Position numbers and translations under genes: made by a program
Notes under the pieces: model-generated
Seen by the model: the letters and a program-made list of their open reading frames with translations, nothing else
Told to the model about the DNA's origin: nothing
Databases searched by the model: none
Source of the DNA: Tubulanus polymorphus
Taxonomy: Eukaryota; Animalia; Nemertea
Reading direction: 5' to 3'
Assembly (NCBI RefSeq): GCF_964204645.1
Contig: NC_134027.1
Coordinates: 11,998,485 to 12,062,484, forward strand
DNA length: 64,000 nt
Shown here: in pieces, positions 1 to 12,398 of the stretch
Layout of the letters: every line of letters starts with the position of its first letter
Position numbering within the stretch: position 1 is the first letter of the stretch

Positions 1-1035
1 GATACGAATATAATATAGAAATACTAAGATATTGGATTATTCAACGCCCCCTGGTGGCCATATACAAAAACCAATGACCTTGAAACTCACCACAATCATA
101 GAACACGTTATGAGCTACAACTTTCTAATTGATTGTGGTAACAAAATACGCTTAGGTATCAATATAATGTGGAAAAATTTTTCCCACTTACGAATGAGTA
201 CTGCTGACACCAAGATGGCCGCCAATTGCGTCATAATTGGCTGATGAAAAATACCTCACAGGTATAAAACATCCCTTTCCAAAGAATACCCATCACAAAT
301 TGCAATGAGAAATGATAAACCAGTAGGAAGCTACACGACTCAGAATTTGGGCCAAAATTAACATTTTTGGGCACTAAAAAGGTCATAGGACGGCCATCTT
401 GAGTCCGATCGACCCAATTTTTGTTATGCTGATGGGCCCTGGGGGAATTCACATATATTCACATAAAGCGTCTTCAAAATTTCCCTCGAAAACTTCAAAA
501 ATGTGTAAAAAGTGCTGATTTTGGTGAACAACAATGGCTGCCAGCCGGCCATCTTGGATCTGACAGGGCCAGTTTTTGGGCTGAAGATGTGTCTAGGGTA
601 GATACATGTAAAAACCAAATATCAAGACATTACCTTGAAGCGTCTTCAAAACTTTCCAAAATAACTGGATTCCGTCTACGGACGGACGAAAAGTGAATGC
701 AATAGCCCGCTGGGACTAAAGTCCCAAGTGGGCTAAAAAATGACATTAAAACTCAGCACATTCATAGACCTTGTCAGCAGCTACAATTTTGCAATTAGTT
801 GTGATAACAATATATGCCTCAGTACCAATATAATATGGAAATACTAAGTTATTCTACTATTCAACGCCCCTGGTGACCATATAAAAAACTCCATGAACTT
901 GAAACCACATTCATAGAACATGTCAGCAGCTACAACTTTGCAATTGGTTGTGATAACAATATATGCCTAGGTACCAATATAATAAGGAAATACGAAGTTA
1001 TTCTACTATTCAACGCCTGGTGACCATATAGAAAA
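1..1035. repeat. Interspersed repeat with ~140-150 bp internal tandem subunits and a terminal hairpin (Helentron/HINE-like)
   Basis: Unit 'aatataat..gaaatactaag..attcaacgcccctggt.accatata..aaa..ccatga.cttgaaa' recurs at ~8-170, ~825-965 and ~965-1030. Hairpin tagcccgctgggactaaagtcccaagtgggcta at ~703-735 follows acggacggacg; related reverse-complement ends occur at ~17870 and ~43005. Confidence 0.6.
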
Positions 1036-1677
1036 TTAGGCTTTGAGCGTCTATTTCACCCCTTAAAACACCATCAACTTACCTCAAACTGACTGTTCTG
1101 TAATCAGATGGAAGTTAACTTTTGTTTGTGCATAAACTTGTAATCCTAAGTAGATTTTGACGCTCGTAGTAACTCAATACTTTTGGCTAGTCGCCTCAAA
1201 AAATAGTTGAAGTGAAGCAACCTAACAAATATGGCGACTTGTTGCATGATGAGAGGGTAAATTACGGATGTGTACGCGAACTTGGACTGACATTGATGCC
1301 ATTGCAGATATTATTCTTGTTTCAAACTCTTAAGGTAGAATTTACCAAAATTTATGTGTTTTATCAACAAAAAATATCCTTTAGAGTAATTTTAGAGAGA
1401 CATATTGAATTTTTACATTTTATTAATTTAGTCCATATTGGAAATCCCAATGGGCAATCAATTCAATTCAAAATCAAATCAACCAATTCTCTGGTTCGCG
1501 ATTTGAATCATCAAAAATATTATTATAAAACACGTTTCAAAGTCAACAAGGTAATTAATTTATTCATTTTAGTACAAAGGTTTGATTTGGCACTAAAATC
1601 AGTTGTTGCATTGCAATTAACAGGAGTTAACCTCTATATGATACTTTAGTGTCAGACGTTGTAGGGAACCGGTAACG

Positions 1678-2106
1678 GGTCATCCTTATTACCGAGATGA
1701 CGTATTCTACCGAGATGAAATGAAATATAGCATATTTATTTATTTCTTATCGATTTTAACACTTGAAATCATGTTATATCAGTAATAAATACCTACTAGA
1801 GTCATATTTTACATATTTCTTTTATTTAAAAAAATTTTGACTTCAAATACGTAAACTCGGTTAGCAATAAAATTTCATTGAATTTGATTGATCGACGATC
1901 TTACCTCGGTAAAGTTAAGTTATTTTTCTATAAAAATATCCGACAAAATATGTAAAATATGACACCAGCAGGTATTTATTACTGATATAAAATGATTTCA
2001 ATGGTAAAAATCGATAAGGAATAAATAAATATGTCATATTTAATTTCATCTCGGTTGATCTCGGTTGATCTCGGTAAAATATGTCATCTCAGTAATAAGG
2101 ATGACC
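1678..2106. mobile_element. MITE/foldback element with ~150 bp terminal inverted repeats
   Basis: ggtcatccttattaccgagatgac...catattttacatattt (1678-~1818) is the reverse complement of aaatatgtaaaatatgac...catctcagtaataaggatgacc (~1946-2106). Confidence 0.75.
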
Positions 2107-2139
2107 GGCGATTTGATGGAAAAGTTGATAGACGCATGA

Positions 2140-2222
2140 ACGATCGAACGAACGAACGGACGACGACGGCTCACCCCTTCCCCATTAGCTCCGCTGACCT
2201 TCGGTCACAGCGGAGCTAAAAA
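2140..2222 (-). repeat. Terminus of a HINE/DINE-1-like element (hairpin plus short microsatellite)
   Basis: tagctccgctgaccttcggtcacagcggagctaaaaa hairpin preceded by (gaac)n/(gac)n repeats. Confidence 0.45.
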
Positions 2223-3653
2223 ATTGAAGGCACCGTACGCAAGTTGCTTGAATTAAAACGCCATTCTCATGTTTGTTATGCAACTGAACCGACTGTATTA
2301 TGTTGTATACTGTGTTGTATGTGGAGTACGTGGTAGTTTAAGTAGTCGTGAACGAACCTTGAGTTGAATGTCGAGTGGAACTGGTTGAACCAAATAATCG
2401 AAAATTTGCAAATCTTCCATTACGCGTCATTCCAATCCACGAACGGCACGTCCTGGAGAGCATTTTGATGATATTTTCCGGTGCGTCTTGCTTGAATAAA
2501 GTTTAATTAATGTAGGCCAGGCTCCACACAATTGGTTCCCTTCCGGTAGAACGATCCATTTGCAATGCGACATAGCCCGTTTACATAATCAAAAACAATG
2601 AAAATTGATTTTATTGCCTTTCTATGGAGGCAACTGATTTGGGCCTAGGCCTAGATGCGTTTGTTTCGGTCCTTTTTCCGATTTAAACGTATCATATCTC
2701 ACTGATTTATGATATTCCCACCGACTTCGTCTTCCATCATCCCAAATATTCTGGTATTTTGTTGATGCGCATTTTCCCATTCTTATCGAGAACCCGCTCG
2801 GCACCGCACGCCTTCTGAGCCGAACGTTGCTCGAAATATAATCATTTTAATGTAGAACTTTTCATTTTTGGCTGAATTTATTGTGGGATTTAACTCTCGT
2901 TATCATCACACGGATATTGTGTTTCTCGTCTCAACAAAGCTCGAAGTGTCGGAATTTCTGATGCGAGTATCCGAAAAAACATAATTGGGCATCATTTTCA
3001 AATAGATTATATAGCGACAATAAGCGATATTGTAATTACTCCAATCATTTTTGCCTGTCAGTGAAATCGGACCTTTGAGTAAAAGGCTTCATTTGCCCTA
3101 GATGGAACGGCTCCGTTTCACAAAAGCGATTGAAATCCATGTACTTATATGGGTAACCCCTCTCCTCAGAAGTAAATCGGAATTTCTAGGGAAATTTTCA
3201 TTTAGTTTTCGAAAGAGATTTTTACTTATAGTGCATAGATTGTTGACTGATTTAGCGCTTACGATTGGAAGTGAATCTACGAAACGTACCGGTGATCATC
3301 TTCGACAAAAGAATAAAATGAAGCGTTTCGATTTACTAGATGGAAGAAATTTGATTTCAGATCCCTTAAATTTTCCCAATTCAGAAATGATAAGGTGAAA
3401 ATCATAGCCAGATAGAGGAATACAAGGAACACATTTCGAAGTTACTTTGAATCAGCAGCTATAGTAGACCCTCTCCTTTTTCGCGTCGATTCAGATTTGA
3501 AGCCATTGAATCAAAAATCAGCAAACGGAACTTTTAAGTCTTTTCCCGAGATTTTGAGTTTTCATAAAATATGGTAATATAGTCCCTCATTGCGGAAGCT
3601 TAACAAAATGAATGAGTGATTCGGTTCATAATTCTGTATTTGAATTATAAAAT

Positions 3654-4172
3654 CGGCAATCCTGACATTCCGACACTCCCGACATACAGGCAATCCGACA
3701 TACCCGACAATCCCGACATTCCGACATACCGGCAATCCGACATACCCGACAATCCCGAAAATCCTGACTTACCGGCAATCCTACATACCCGACAATTCGA
3801 CATACCACGATCCCAGCACCTCTCTACAGGGGATTATTAGGAACCGAACGCCCCACGATCCCAGCACCTCTGTACGGGGAAAATCAAGAACCGAACGCCC
3901 GACGATCCTAAGGGAATATTAGCAACCAAACACCCCACGATCCCAGCACCTCTGTACAGGGGGATATTAGGAACCAAACGCCCCACGACCCCTGTATTTC
4001 TCTACAGGGGATTATTAGGAACCGAACGCCCCAGTCTTACAAATATATATTCTCAAAACAACTGGCCTGGTTGAATAATGACTGGAATGATGTCTGTATA
4101 GGTTTGCAGCATTGCCGAAGTGCCAGTTTGTCGGGAGTGCCGGTATGTCGGGAGTGTCGGTATGTCGGGAGT
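3654..4172. repeat. Composite minisatellite, possibly a MITE with tandem core
   Basis: (ccgacatac/ccgacaatc)n at 3654-3808; ~48-50 bp units cacgatcccagcacctct.tacagggga.tattaggaacc.aacgccc at 3806-4032; inverted (gtatgtcgggagt)n at ~4120-4172. Confidence 0.7.
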
Positions 4173-4517
4173 CTAACATAAGCAAGAAATTCATAAGAAT
4201 TATTGCTATTTTTATTTTGAGATCATTGGAAATTAGAAAATTAACACGTATATAATTGTAATCAAAAAGGGAACATAGTCATGATATAAAACACATTTCT
4301 AAATTGATGAATATTAACAAATGTACAAATGAATGCACAGAGTTTACATATTGAATGTACAGTTTAGATAAAGCATATTTCTAGGTATAATGATAGGTAT
4401 GATAATTAAAATCAAGTTTTTGACGAGTAAGTATGCTCAAATTCATAACATCAAAGCAACAATTCGATGAATAGTTTGGATACGCTTGTTTCTTATAATC
4501 ATTGAATCAGTTTACCC

Positions 4518-4640
4518 TTCTGGCATTATTTCCTCTGGCATTTTTACCTCTGACATTTTTACACCCCTGGCATTTTGACCCCTGGCATTTTTACTTCTGG
4601 CATTATTACCTATGGCATTTGTTACCTCTGGCATTATTAC
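4518..4640. repeat. Short tandem repeat of ~15-16 bp (ctggcattt-core)
   Basis: ctggcatt(a/t)tt repeated about 8 times. Confidence 0.7.
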
Positions 4641-5079
4641 CGCGTACCATTTTTTTATTATGTCTTTCTTATCAATATGATCCGTTATGATTAGCACAAC
4701 ATATTGGGCATCATTTTGAAATGGGAGATTCTTATATATTATTACATTTATTGCATCACTTAATCATAAGAAATAATGTTGTATATTCTTATATTTTGTA
4801 AAGTTATGATGGCAGTTTCTTTGTTTGCACATTCAGACAAACTGTCTCAGTACGTACTGCTCGGTTTTCAAAAAAACTGCACATCCAGCACTATTAGAAC
4901 AATAGCATGGAGTAATGTGTAATTAACAAACTACCATCTCAGCTAGGACTAGAAACTGTCAAAAACTTTGGTTGTTGACCAATCACAACCCACCTGTCAC
5001 AAAGTTTTGGAGGGTGGAACTACTTAAGTCTCAGGGAGACCCAAATCCAACATTCTGGATTTTGGATCTCTCTGAGACA

Positions 5080-6200
5080 AACATTAAAATGATATATTAT
5101 GGATATTTGCGATTATATTTAGTTTCTTCATCATCACCAGGAGAGAAGGCGCTGCCTGTACCTAAGAAACCAAAGGAAACTGAGCTCCAGCAAAAAGACA
5201 CATTTCTGAGAAAATAGAGAACATACGGACTCAGTTACTAATAAACAAGAAGAAGATAAATCCAAGATCAACCAGGTAGCAAAACTGATGAATAGAACAG
5301 ACTTCCAATAGAGTAAACTGTAGAAAAAATAGAGCATTTTAGAAGACCATACCAACCGACAAGATGGCTGAAAAGACTATGGTAACACTTATCCATAGCC
5401 AAAAACACACTCACCCAGAAAAATAAATGTCCAAAATAGAATGAGGGAAATTTGCCTGGAGATCGAACAACAGTGATGGAAGGTCGACACCAGAAACTGA
5501 TGGGTCAGTAGTAGTGATGAACACGAACCGCGATCACACAGGTTTAATGAGTTACAGGAATTAAGGAACTAGGAACCAAAGAAATATCAGACTTAAAATT
5601 TAGACTGGAAAAATTGGAAGAAAAACTTCAGGATAAATGTCAACCATATGACAAGTATGTATCACAAATACAAGCAGACTTAGATGTTCAACATAGTTTT
5701 ACTAGAGATGTGTCATGTGCTATATCTGAGGAAATTAATGATCATTCCACACAGCTGTTAGATCAACTCAAGAAATTCAAGCGAGATCTGGAAGAAATAG
5801 AAGCGTCGAACGCATATTATATTTCATGATATTGCAGAACCAAAAATAGCTGACTCTAAAGGATAGAAATCTCAATGCTGTTAGTATCAGTCCAAACTGG
5901 ACACATGAACAGCGGTTACAAGACAAACTGCGAAAAACTTCGAAAACTTCTAACAGACCATTGAAACTAACAAGCAAGACTGGAGCATGCTCTACAGAAA
6001 ATGAGCCGAGAAATAGTGCAAAGGATCGACCAGACTACAAAAATCTTCTCAGATATATTGTGAGATTTCAAACTCATCAGATGACCAAGCGTCAGATGAA
6101 TGGGTTTATATCAGCGAAACATCGAGTGGCTCCTCATTAGAGGGGTCTGAATCAACTGCCCTGGGAATCAGCCATGTAAATAAACAACAGAGAAATCAGG
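5080..6200 (+). pseudogene. Heavily degraded coding-like remnant, possibly retroelement ORF1/coiled-coil
   Basis: Purine-rich strand bias with short broken ORFs (e.g. 5614-5829) and an RYIVRFQTHQ-like fragment near 6050; no diagnostic domain recognised. Confidence 0.25.
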
Positions 6201-8507
6201 GCTACACTAAGCGAAAGAAAAAGAATAGCTATCAGGACTTCTAAGAATGAAATTTGACTGCGAAATTTAAAAAAAAGAAAACTTTAAATCACTTAGAAAA
6301 AATGTAGACTTTAATCTAGTGACAGCACCCTCATAAAAAAGGAACACTGAGAGGGCACCTTAAGTGCCTACCTCTCGAGTACACTTAGTTTCAAAGCAAG
6401 AGGCCGTCTAGTCATAGGCCTTAACATGCCTTCAATTGACGGTAAATTATTATATGATATATGATATGATATAATATGATATGATGATCATTTTATAGGA
6501 GTTAGTTCCCATAACGATAAAGATACACTAAAAACATTTGTGTCGTTAAAACAACATATTGGGCATCATTTCAATAAAAAAGACATCATAAAAAAATAGC
6601 AGCATTAAACAACCTCACTGCTTCCTAATGTACGATAAAACAATGCTTTGCTATGCACAATAACAGCAGGCCTACAACGATGCTTGCGGTTCGATGATTC
6701 TAAGTACGAGTACGTAAAACATTTTCCTCCTCAAAGGTTAACGTTTGTTGAAATGGTTTCATTTTGTTGTCTCAAATTTTGATATCTTATCAATCTAAAC
6801 TGAATAGTCAATCCATGCCTATTATTCATTCGCATATGTTTGATACTTAGTAATCCTATTGGTATTTCCCCCATAACATGGTGAATGCTAGCTAAATATT
6901 GACCAAACAAAACACATCTCACTGCGGTTTTCGATGGGATCAGACTCCCACACACAAGAATAGAGTTATTTACATAGACAGATTTAAGTTGACTGCATTA
7001 ATTGTCATTTTATCCTGCCCCCTGCTTGAAATTTCTTTCGTTCATAAGTTCTTTTATTGCATACTACCCCCTGGTTTACATCATTACGAAAATTGAAATA
7101 CTATGTACAAACCTCTTAATCAAAAAATTAGTCTATTCTTTGTTAAAATTCAAAGTCATAAGCAGTAGTAAAGTAGTATCATATTTCAAATATGTATATA
7201 ATCTGGATAGAAAAAGTCTGAAAATAAAACGTAGCATTTTATTATCACTTGATCATTTTAAATTGTTTGCTTTTAGGTTTTGTACTTAAGTTTGATAGAA
7301 AACTGAGCTTGAGGGATTCAAGGCCACGAGATTACTGGTTACAGTTCTTCGATACGAGAAAAATTAAAGCTGTTACGTAATGTAATGCAGCTTTAGATGG
7401 ACTGCTTTAGTCTTTTGTCAATTTGAACCAAGAAGCAAACAAAATTGGAACTGATACCGATGATCTCAATAATGTAAATAATTTAACTGGATTGACTGGT
7501 GATGAATTTCTGAATAACCATTTTACGAAACACGAAGTTCTGAAGGCAATTAAAGTATTGATGTTCTGAAGTTGGCCAAATAACAAATTAAATTTCAAAC
7601 AAGAGCCCCGTGGGCTTCACGCGGCAGCTTCACAAATTAAAAGAAAAAATTATCTAAAAGAATCAATTTCATATACCAAATATGCTTGAAGGACAGGTCT
7701 TTTGATCATTTTCATGACTGTTCATTTACTGTCAAATTATGTATATTCAAGTCCGCTATTTTCATATATTTACCTTTTTTATTTATCTGCTCTGAGCAAA
7801 TTTGAAGGGTGGTAATCATCCGAAATATTTCTTGAAAGTTTTACAGTTTTTTGTTGATTTAGTGTTGATGGATTTTACTTTTTGTTGCTACATCACAGAT
7901 TGTGATTTAATAAATTTATACAATATTCTAATATGCTTCCAATAAATTCAGACGCAATGAATCGAAAATGAAGTTTTTGGCTAAATAAGGCCCACGGTTG
8001 CCCCACGGGTATTTCGTGTTATTTTCAGCTCGACTTAAATTATCTCGTAATACATAATAGCTCGCCTTATTCACTGCGGCAAATTTGTGAAACTCGATTT
8101 CAGGAAACAAGAATTTGTATGAATCGCTAAATATCTCTCATTGATACTACGTGTATTCGATATTCCGTTACTAAAGAGTCAAAGAAAATAGGACTTCTTA
8201 CTACCGATATTTCTTCGCCGAGATAATTGACTTAAATCTTCGCTCTCTCCGAACCTCCTTGTACGTTCCATTTTATTCAATTCATATTTTCTGTATCTGT
8301 CGTATTTCTTGCTTGTTTAGTGTATGTTCGGGTATTCGTTCATTGGAGTTGATTGCAAACAATGCTTTATATTCGAACCTTTGAAGTGGTTGTGGGATTC
8401 AAATGGCACGGTGCCTATCTTCAATAAAAAACGGAGATTTCTTTCGAGAAGGCACGAGAGCCATGGCTCAAGCGCGTAAAATTTGAAACACAACTCCACT
8501 GTATATC

Positions 8508-8909
8508 TTTAGCAAAAATAATATACATGCATACTTTTAATCGCGCTGTTGTTTTAATTCACCATTAATTAATTATTACTCAAACAATCAGTTAGATATC
8601 TGTCAATTCGACACCTGTGATAACAGTTTGTTTTGTAATTAATTGTGTGCTCAAACATGGCTGTCAACGTTTATAGTATTATATAAATAGAATCTAAATC
8701 CATGAACAAGCAGTTGAGTTTGAGACGAGTCTTGGAGCCTGATACATCTTGCAGGAAAATTCCCAAGCTACTAGATTGAGAATCTAAAGAATAAAATCGT
8801 CTACGTTTAGTGCTGAAAACTACTAGCTTTCTCATTGTTGCATAACTCAGGATTTAATCGTAGCTGGAGCTTCCCCGAAAGACGAGTTAGAACAACTAGT
8901 TTTGTTAAA
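8508..8909 (+). repeat. 5' LTR (TTTAGC...GTTAAA)
   Basis: Near-identical to 13623-14024 (about 4 substitutions seen by eye); contains tatataaa and aataaa. Confidence 0.92.
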
Positions 8910-8910
8910 T

Positions 8911-8920
8911 TGGTGGAGAA
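8911..8920 (+). promoter_or_regulatory. Primer binding site, tRNA-Ala-like
   Basis: TGGTGGAGAA one nucleotide after the LTR, complementary to the ...UCUCCACCA 3' end of tRNA-Ala. Confidence 0.75.
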
Positions 8921-9052
8921 CCCGTGGCAGAGAACCGGTACCTATTTGTCAACAACGCAGCTACAATAATCATCTGAAGCAGATAAACAGTCATCAGCAC
9001 CTGAGCGAGATAAGAAAATCATGACGTTCTTCATCAACGACCAGCCATTGGA

Positions 9053-9304
9053 GTGGAGAACTACCATGATGGAAAAACCCAGCATCAAAGAAACTATCTT
9101 CAAGTGCCAAAGAACTTCCATGATAAATGTGAATGGTGTGGTAAGTGGGATAAGGTCTATTCACACAAGTGTCATGCATTGATATCTAGGTGTAATCTTT
9201 GTAAGCGAATAGGACATTTCGTTCGATGTTGTAGATTTAGGAATACGCGAATAGATAATAAATGCTCAATTCAAAATAATATAACAAACGAACCTAAAAA
9301 TTAA
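9053..9304 (+). pseudogene. gag: Gag nucleocapsid (zinc knuckle) fragment
   Basis: CEWCGK...HKCHALISRCNLCKRIGHFVRCCR matches the Gypsy gag CxxCG..H...CPA...CxxCxxxGHxxxxC pattern; likely frameshifted into the following coiled-coil ORF. Confidence 0.7.
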
Positions 9305-9383
9305 AATTAAATGTGAAAAGCAGAAATCAAGAGATAAAATAAGATTTCAAGAATACAATCTTGGAAAATTCATAGCTCGCCAA

Positions 9384-10091
9384 ATGCCCTTTAATTCATT
9401 AGGAACTGCAATGTTCGTAGAGGTTAACTCTAGTCACCAAAATTACAGAAATGAAATTTTTAAATTTAAACGAGATATGAAAATCTTGCAAATTATTAAC
9501 GAGGAATTAGAATCTGAAAATTTGGCATTTAGACTCGAACAGAAACACAAGGAAGGTATTGTAGCCAAAGCCGAAATTGATACTAACAGATTGGCAAATC
9601 AATTATCTGACACCAAATTAATAGTGGAACAGCTTAAAGCTAACAAAACCACTCTGAGTCAAGAAATAACCGAATTGAATTTTGAACTAGAGAAGTGGCG
9701 ATCGCAAAATACAGAACAAATATGTAAAATAGAACAGTTACAAAGGCAAATCAGTATAAACGAACAACAAAAACAGAGCGTTAAAAAGACTAGTCTCCAA
9801 TTGTCAGAAGATAACAAAAATCTTAGAAACAAGGTAACAATCTTGGAGAGAGAGCGCATGTTTGTTAGTCCGGTCAAAATATCAGAATGTACTCTCTTAG
9901 CTGAGCATTTGGATAATACTAAAAAGAACTCGGCCAGCTTAAATCCAAAATCTCAACAGGTAGAACCGGAACAAATTGCGTCGTGGGACCTGGCTAGCTA
10001 TAGGCCACAACGTAGACTTAGAAAACCTTTTCGCAAGGTTGACACTGGCAGTGGATTAGATCTAGGTATCCACGTCCCCGTTAGTGATTAA
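9384..10091 (+). CDS. Coiled-coil protein inside the LTR element, function unknown
   Basis: 235-aa ORF rich in E/K/Q/L heptads. Confidence 0.5.
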   Translation: MPFNSLGTAMFVEVNSSHQNYRNEIFKFKRDMKILQIINEELESENLAFRLEQKHKEGIVAKAEIDTNRLANQLSDTKLIVEQLKANKTTLSQEITELNFELEKWRSQNTEQICKIEQLQRQISINEQQKQSVKKTSLQLSEDNKNLRNKVTILERERMFVSPVKISECTLLAEHLDNTKKNSASLNPKSQQVEPEQIASWDLASYRPQRRLRKPFRKVDTGSGLDLGIHVPVSD

Positions 10092-10374
10092 TCGTCCACG
10101 TATGATTAAAGCATTTTCAGAGCCTTTCCAAATACAGATGCAAAAGAATATATTCGTCCCTGGTGACGCATCAGTGAGGGATCTTAAATGCGAAATGCGA
10201 GATACATGGCTTAAGGAATTCTATGCATTGGAAATTGACAGTATGTTTTTAGTTTGTGAAATTAAAAAAGGTCAACGATTTAGGTTAAATGATGATTTGA
10301 AATTAACTAATATAGCAAAAGACTATGGTCTTACGTTGCCACTGCTATTTGACATAAAATCTAAATTTGAATAA
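10084..10374 (+). CDS. Small hypothetical ORF inside the LTR element
   Basis: 96-aa ORF overlapping the end of the previous ORF; no motif recognised. Confidence 0.3.
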   Translation: MINRPRMIKAFSEPFQIQMQKNIFVPGDASVRDLKCEMRDTWLKEFYALEIDSMFLVCEIKKGQRFRLNDDLKLTNIAKDYGLTLPLLFDIKSKFE

Positions 10375-11555
10375 TGCAAATATATTATGATTCCCTAGAC
10401 TTTAAATTAGTAGAATTCTCATCAATGCATTTTTACTTGTGTGATGTCTGTCCTGGTTGTCCACACCGATAGAATTTGAGAACGGAACTGTAAATTTCGG
10501 TCTCTTTCTGAATCGCAATATAATTCATTCTCAAAACATTGCCGCCATCAACGAACAGAGTTACGCCATTGGAGTTAGCGTGCAGTGAAACCTCGTATAT
10601 CGTGAACTTTTTTGATCTTAAAATAGGGATTGTCCCTGTTGTTTATTTGGTTTGTAAAGTTCGTTAGATTTTTTGATTGAGTGTCCCTTACAGACCCACC
10701 ACACCTGCCGGGAGCGAAACAGGGGGTTTGATTTTGAAATCGGAAATCGAAGTACAGATATAGTTGTTTGCTCGGCGGTCTAATTTACAGAATTTTCTTT
10801 TTTAAATCGAAGTACATAATTGGAAATTCGGTTCCGGTTCATTTAAACAATCTTAATTCCAAGCAGTCTGAAACGGCAAGCGACTGATTGGGGTGAATTT
10901 ATTACATCAAGATTTTGGAAATAGCTAATTACAAGGGTGAAGATCATTTTGTCCATTTTTATATTTTTTTGGTCGTTTTCTACGTGTAAATAGTCCGATA
11001 GTTTATTGTGGTTTTTTTCTCGGGTAGATGTTCATGTAGAAGTTGATTGTTCCGCGTGTTGACTAGATAGAAAGGAAGCACATTTCGAAACGCACATTTT
11101 CCAGATGAGAGTATGGTCCTTGGGTATCCGAAGTGTAGTTTATGACATCGACGGTGCAGCTCCGATGAGGATGGGTTTCTCCGTCAAGGGGAGCGCAATC
11201 GGTACTTCACATCTGGTGCTGAGTTTGCCTAAAAGGAAAAGTGTTTAGACGGGAGCAGTTTTGTGTTTCTAATATACAGTGCATAGGTAGGTCTGTGGAT
11301 GCGTCGCAATCAAACGGACAGTGCTATGGGCATTGATGGACCGTCAGTAAGAAAGCGGCACAGGCACGTGAATATTGAATACATATTTGTACACTTACGA
11401 ATATACAGTCTTCATCGGGTTTTATTTACATTGTCACGATTAGGTTTTTGGTAGTTTTTAATGAGACTGATGTCAAGAGGCAACTTTCCAGCCACCACCA
11501 CGCGCAAATAGACTGAGCTTGCTATCCTGAAGCCAAAAAGGAGGCAGCTTTCCAG

Positions 11556-12350
11556 CTATCGCGGCAATGAGACTGAGTTTACAGTCAAAACATCAGAAAC
11601 AGTAAACTTACTGTAATGCGTATGTGGTGAAATAAAGCAAAAGTGGTCAGAGTTGACGTGTTTCACCTGTTCTATGTCTGATTGTAAAGTTTCCGACACA
11701 TAGAATCGATCTATTCTTGTTTTAATGACATTGTTATTGCGTTTTGCTACTCTAGAGAAAGCTGTTGTGTCTGGGTTTTTAAGTCTGTAAGCGTCTGCTA
11801 ATCTGTTTTGTTGACATAAATTGGCTAATTGTTCGGAGCCACTTCGTATTGAAGAATTGACGGATGTTGAATCACGATCTATGGGACTTTCTATACAATT
11901 AAAGTCCCCTGCTATTATTGTATGCTCATTTGGGTTGAGATTAAGATAATTACTGATATTGCTTAGGAAAATTTTCCTATCACGTTCCTTATTTGGGGCA
12001 TATACATTAACGATATTGTAAATTTGGCTGAACAAGGATATTTTCAAGGATATCAATCTCCCTTGTCTGTCTATAGTCTTATCTAAAATTGTATATTCTA
12101 AAGATTTTCGAATACCTATGGTTACTCCACATTTCCTTTCGTTTATAATATTAGATATAATCTCAAAATCTTTCCTCAAGGGCTTAAATATTTTTTGAAT
12201 TTCATAATCATTCGATATGTGAGTTTCTTGAAGTAAAAATGTATCATAGTTTTTAAGTCTTTCAAAAATGCCCGAAATCCGAGCATTCGAGTAAACTAAG
12301 CCGTTGCAATTTAGTGATAGTAATCTAATACATTCTAAAGTATCCCCCAT
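11556..12350 (-). CDS. L1/Tx1-type AP endonuclease (EEP) domain, standalone, no RT following
   Basis: Motifs SLNCNGL, LLQETH, DRQGR, VNVYAPN, IIAGDFN, RIDRFYVS and SDH all present; the ORF ends about 29 aa after SDH. Confidence 0.92.
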   Translation of the reverse strand: MGDTLECIRLLSLNCNGLVYSNARISGIFERLKNYDTFLLQETHISNDYEIQKIFKPLRKDFEIISNIINERKCGVTIGIRKSLEYTILDKTIDRQGRLISLKISLFSQIYNIVNVYAPNKERDRKIFLSNISNYLNLNPNEHTIIAGDFNCIESPIDRDSTSVNSSIRSGSEQLANLCQQNRLADAYRLKNPDTTAFSRVAKRNNNVIKTRIDRFYVSETLQSDIEQVKHVNSDHFCFISPHTHYSKFTVSDVLTVNSVSLPR

Positions 12351-12398
12351 TGTATGTCCTTTTTTTACCTACATAATTAGTGAAAATTCTACATCACC

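Noticed and set aside
3806-4032. Regularly spaced repeats resembling a CRISPR array
   Set aside because: Whole units are similar with no unique spacers, the context is eukaryotic and there are no cas genes; it is a minisatellite.
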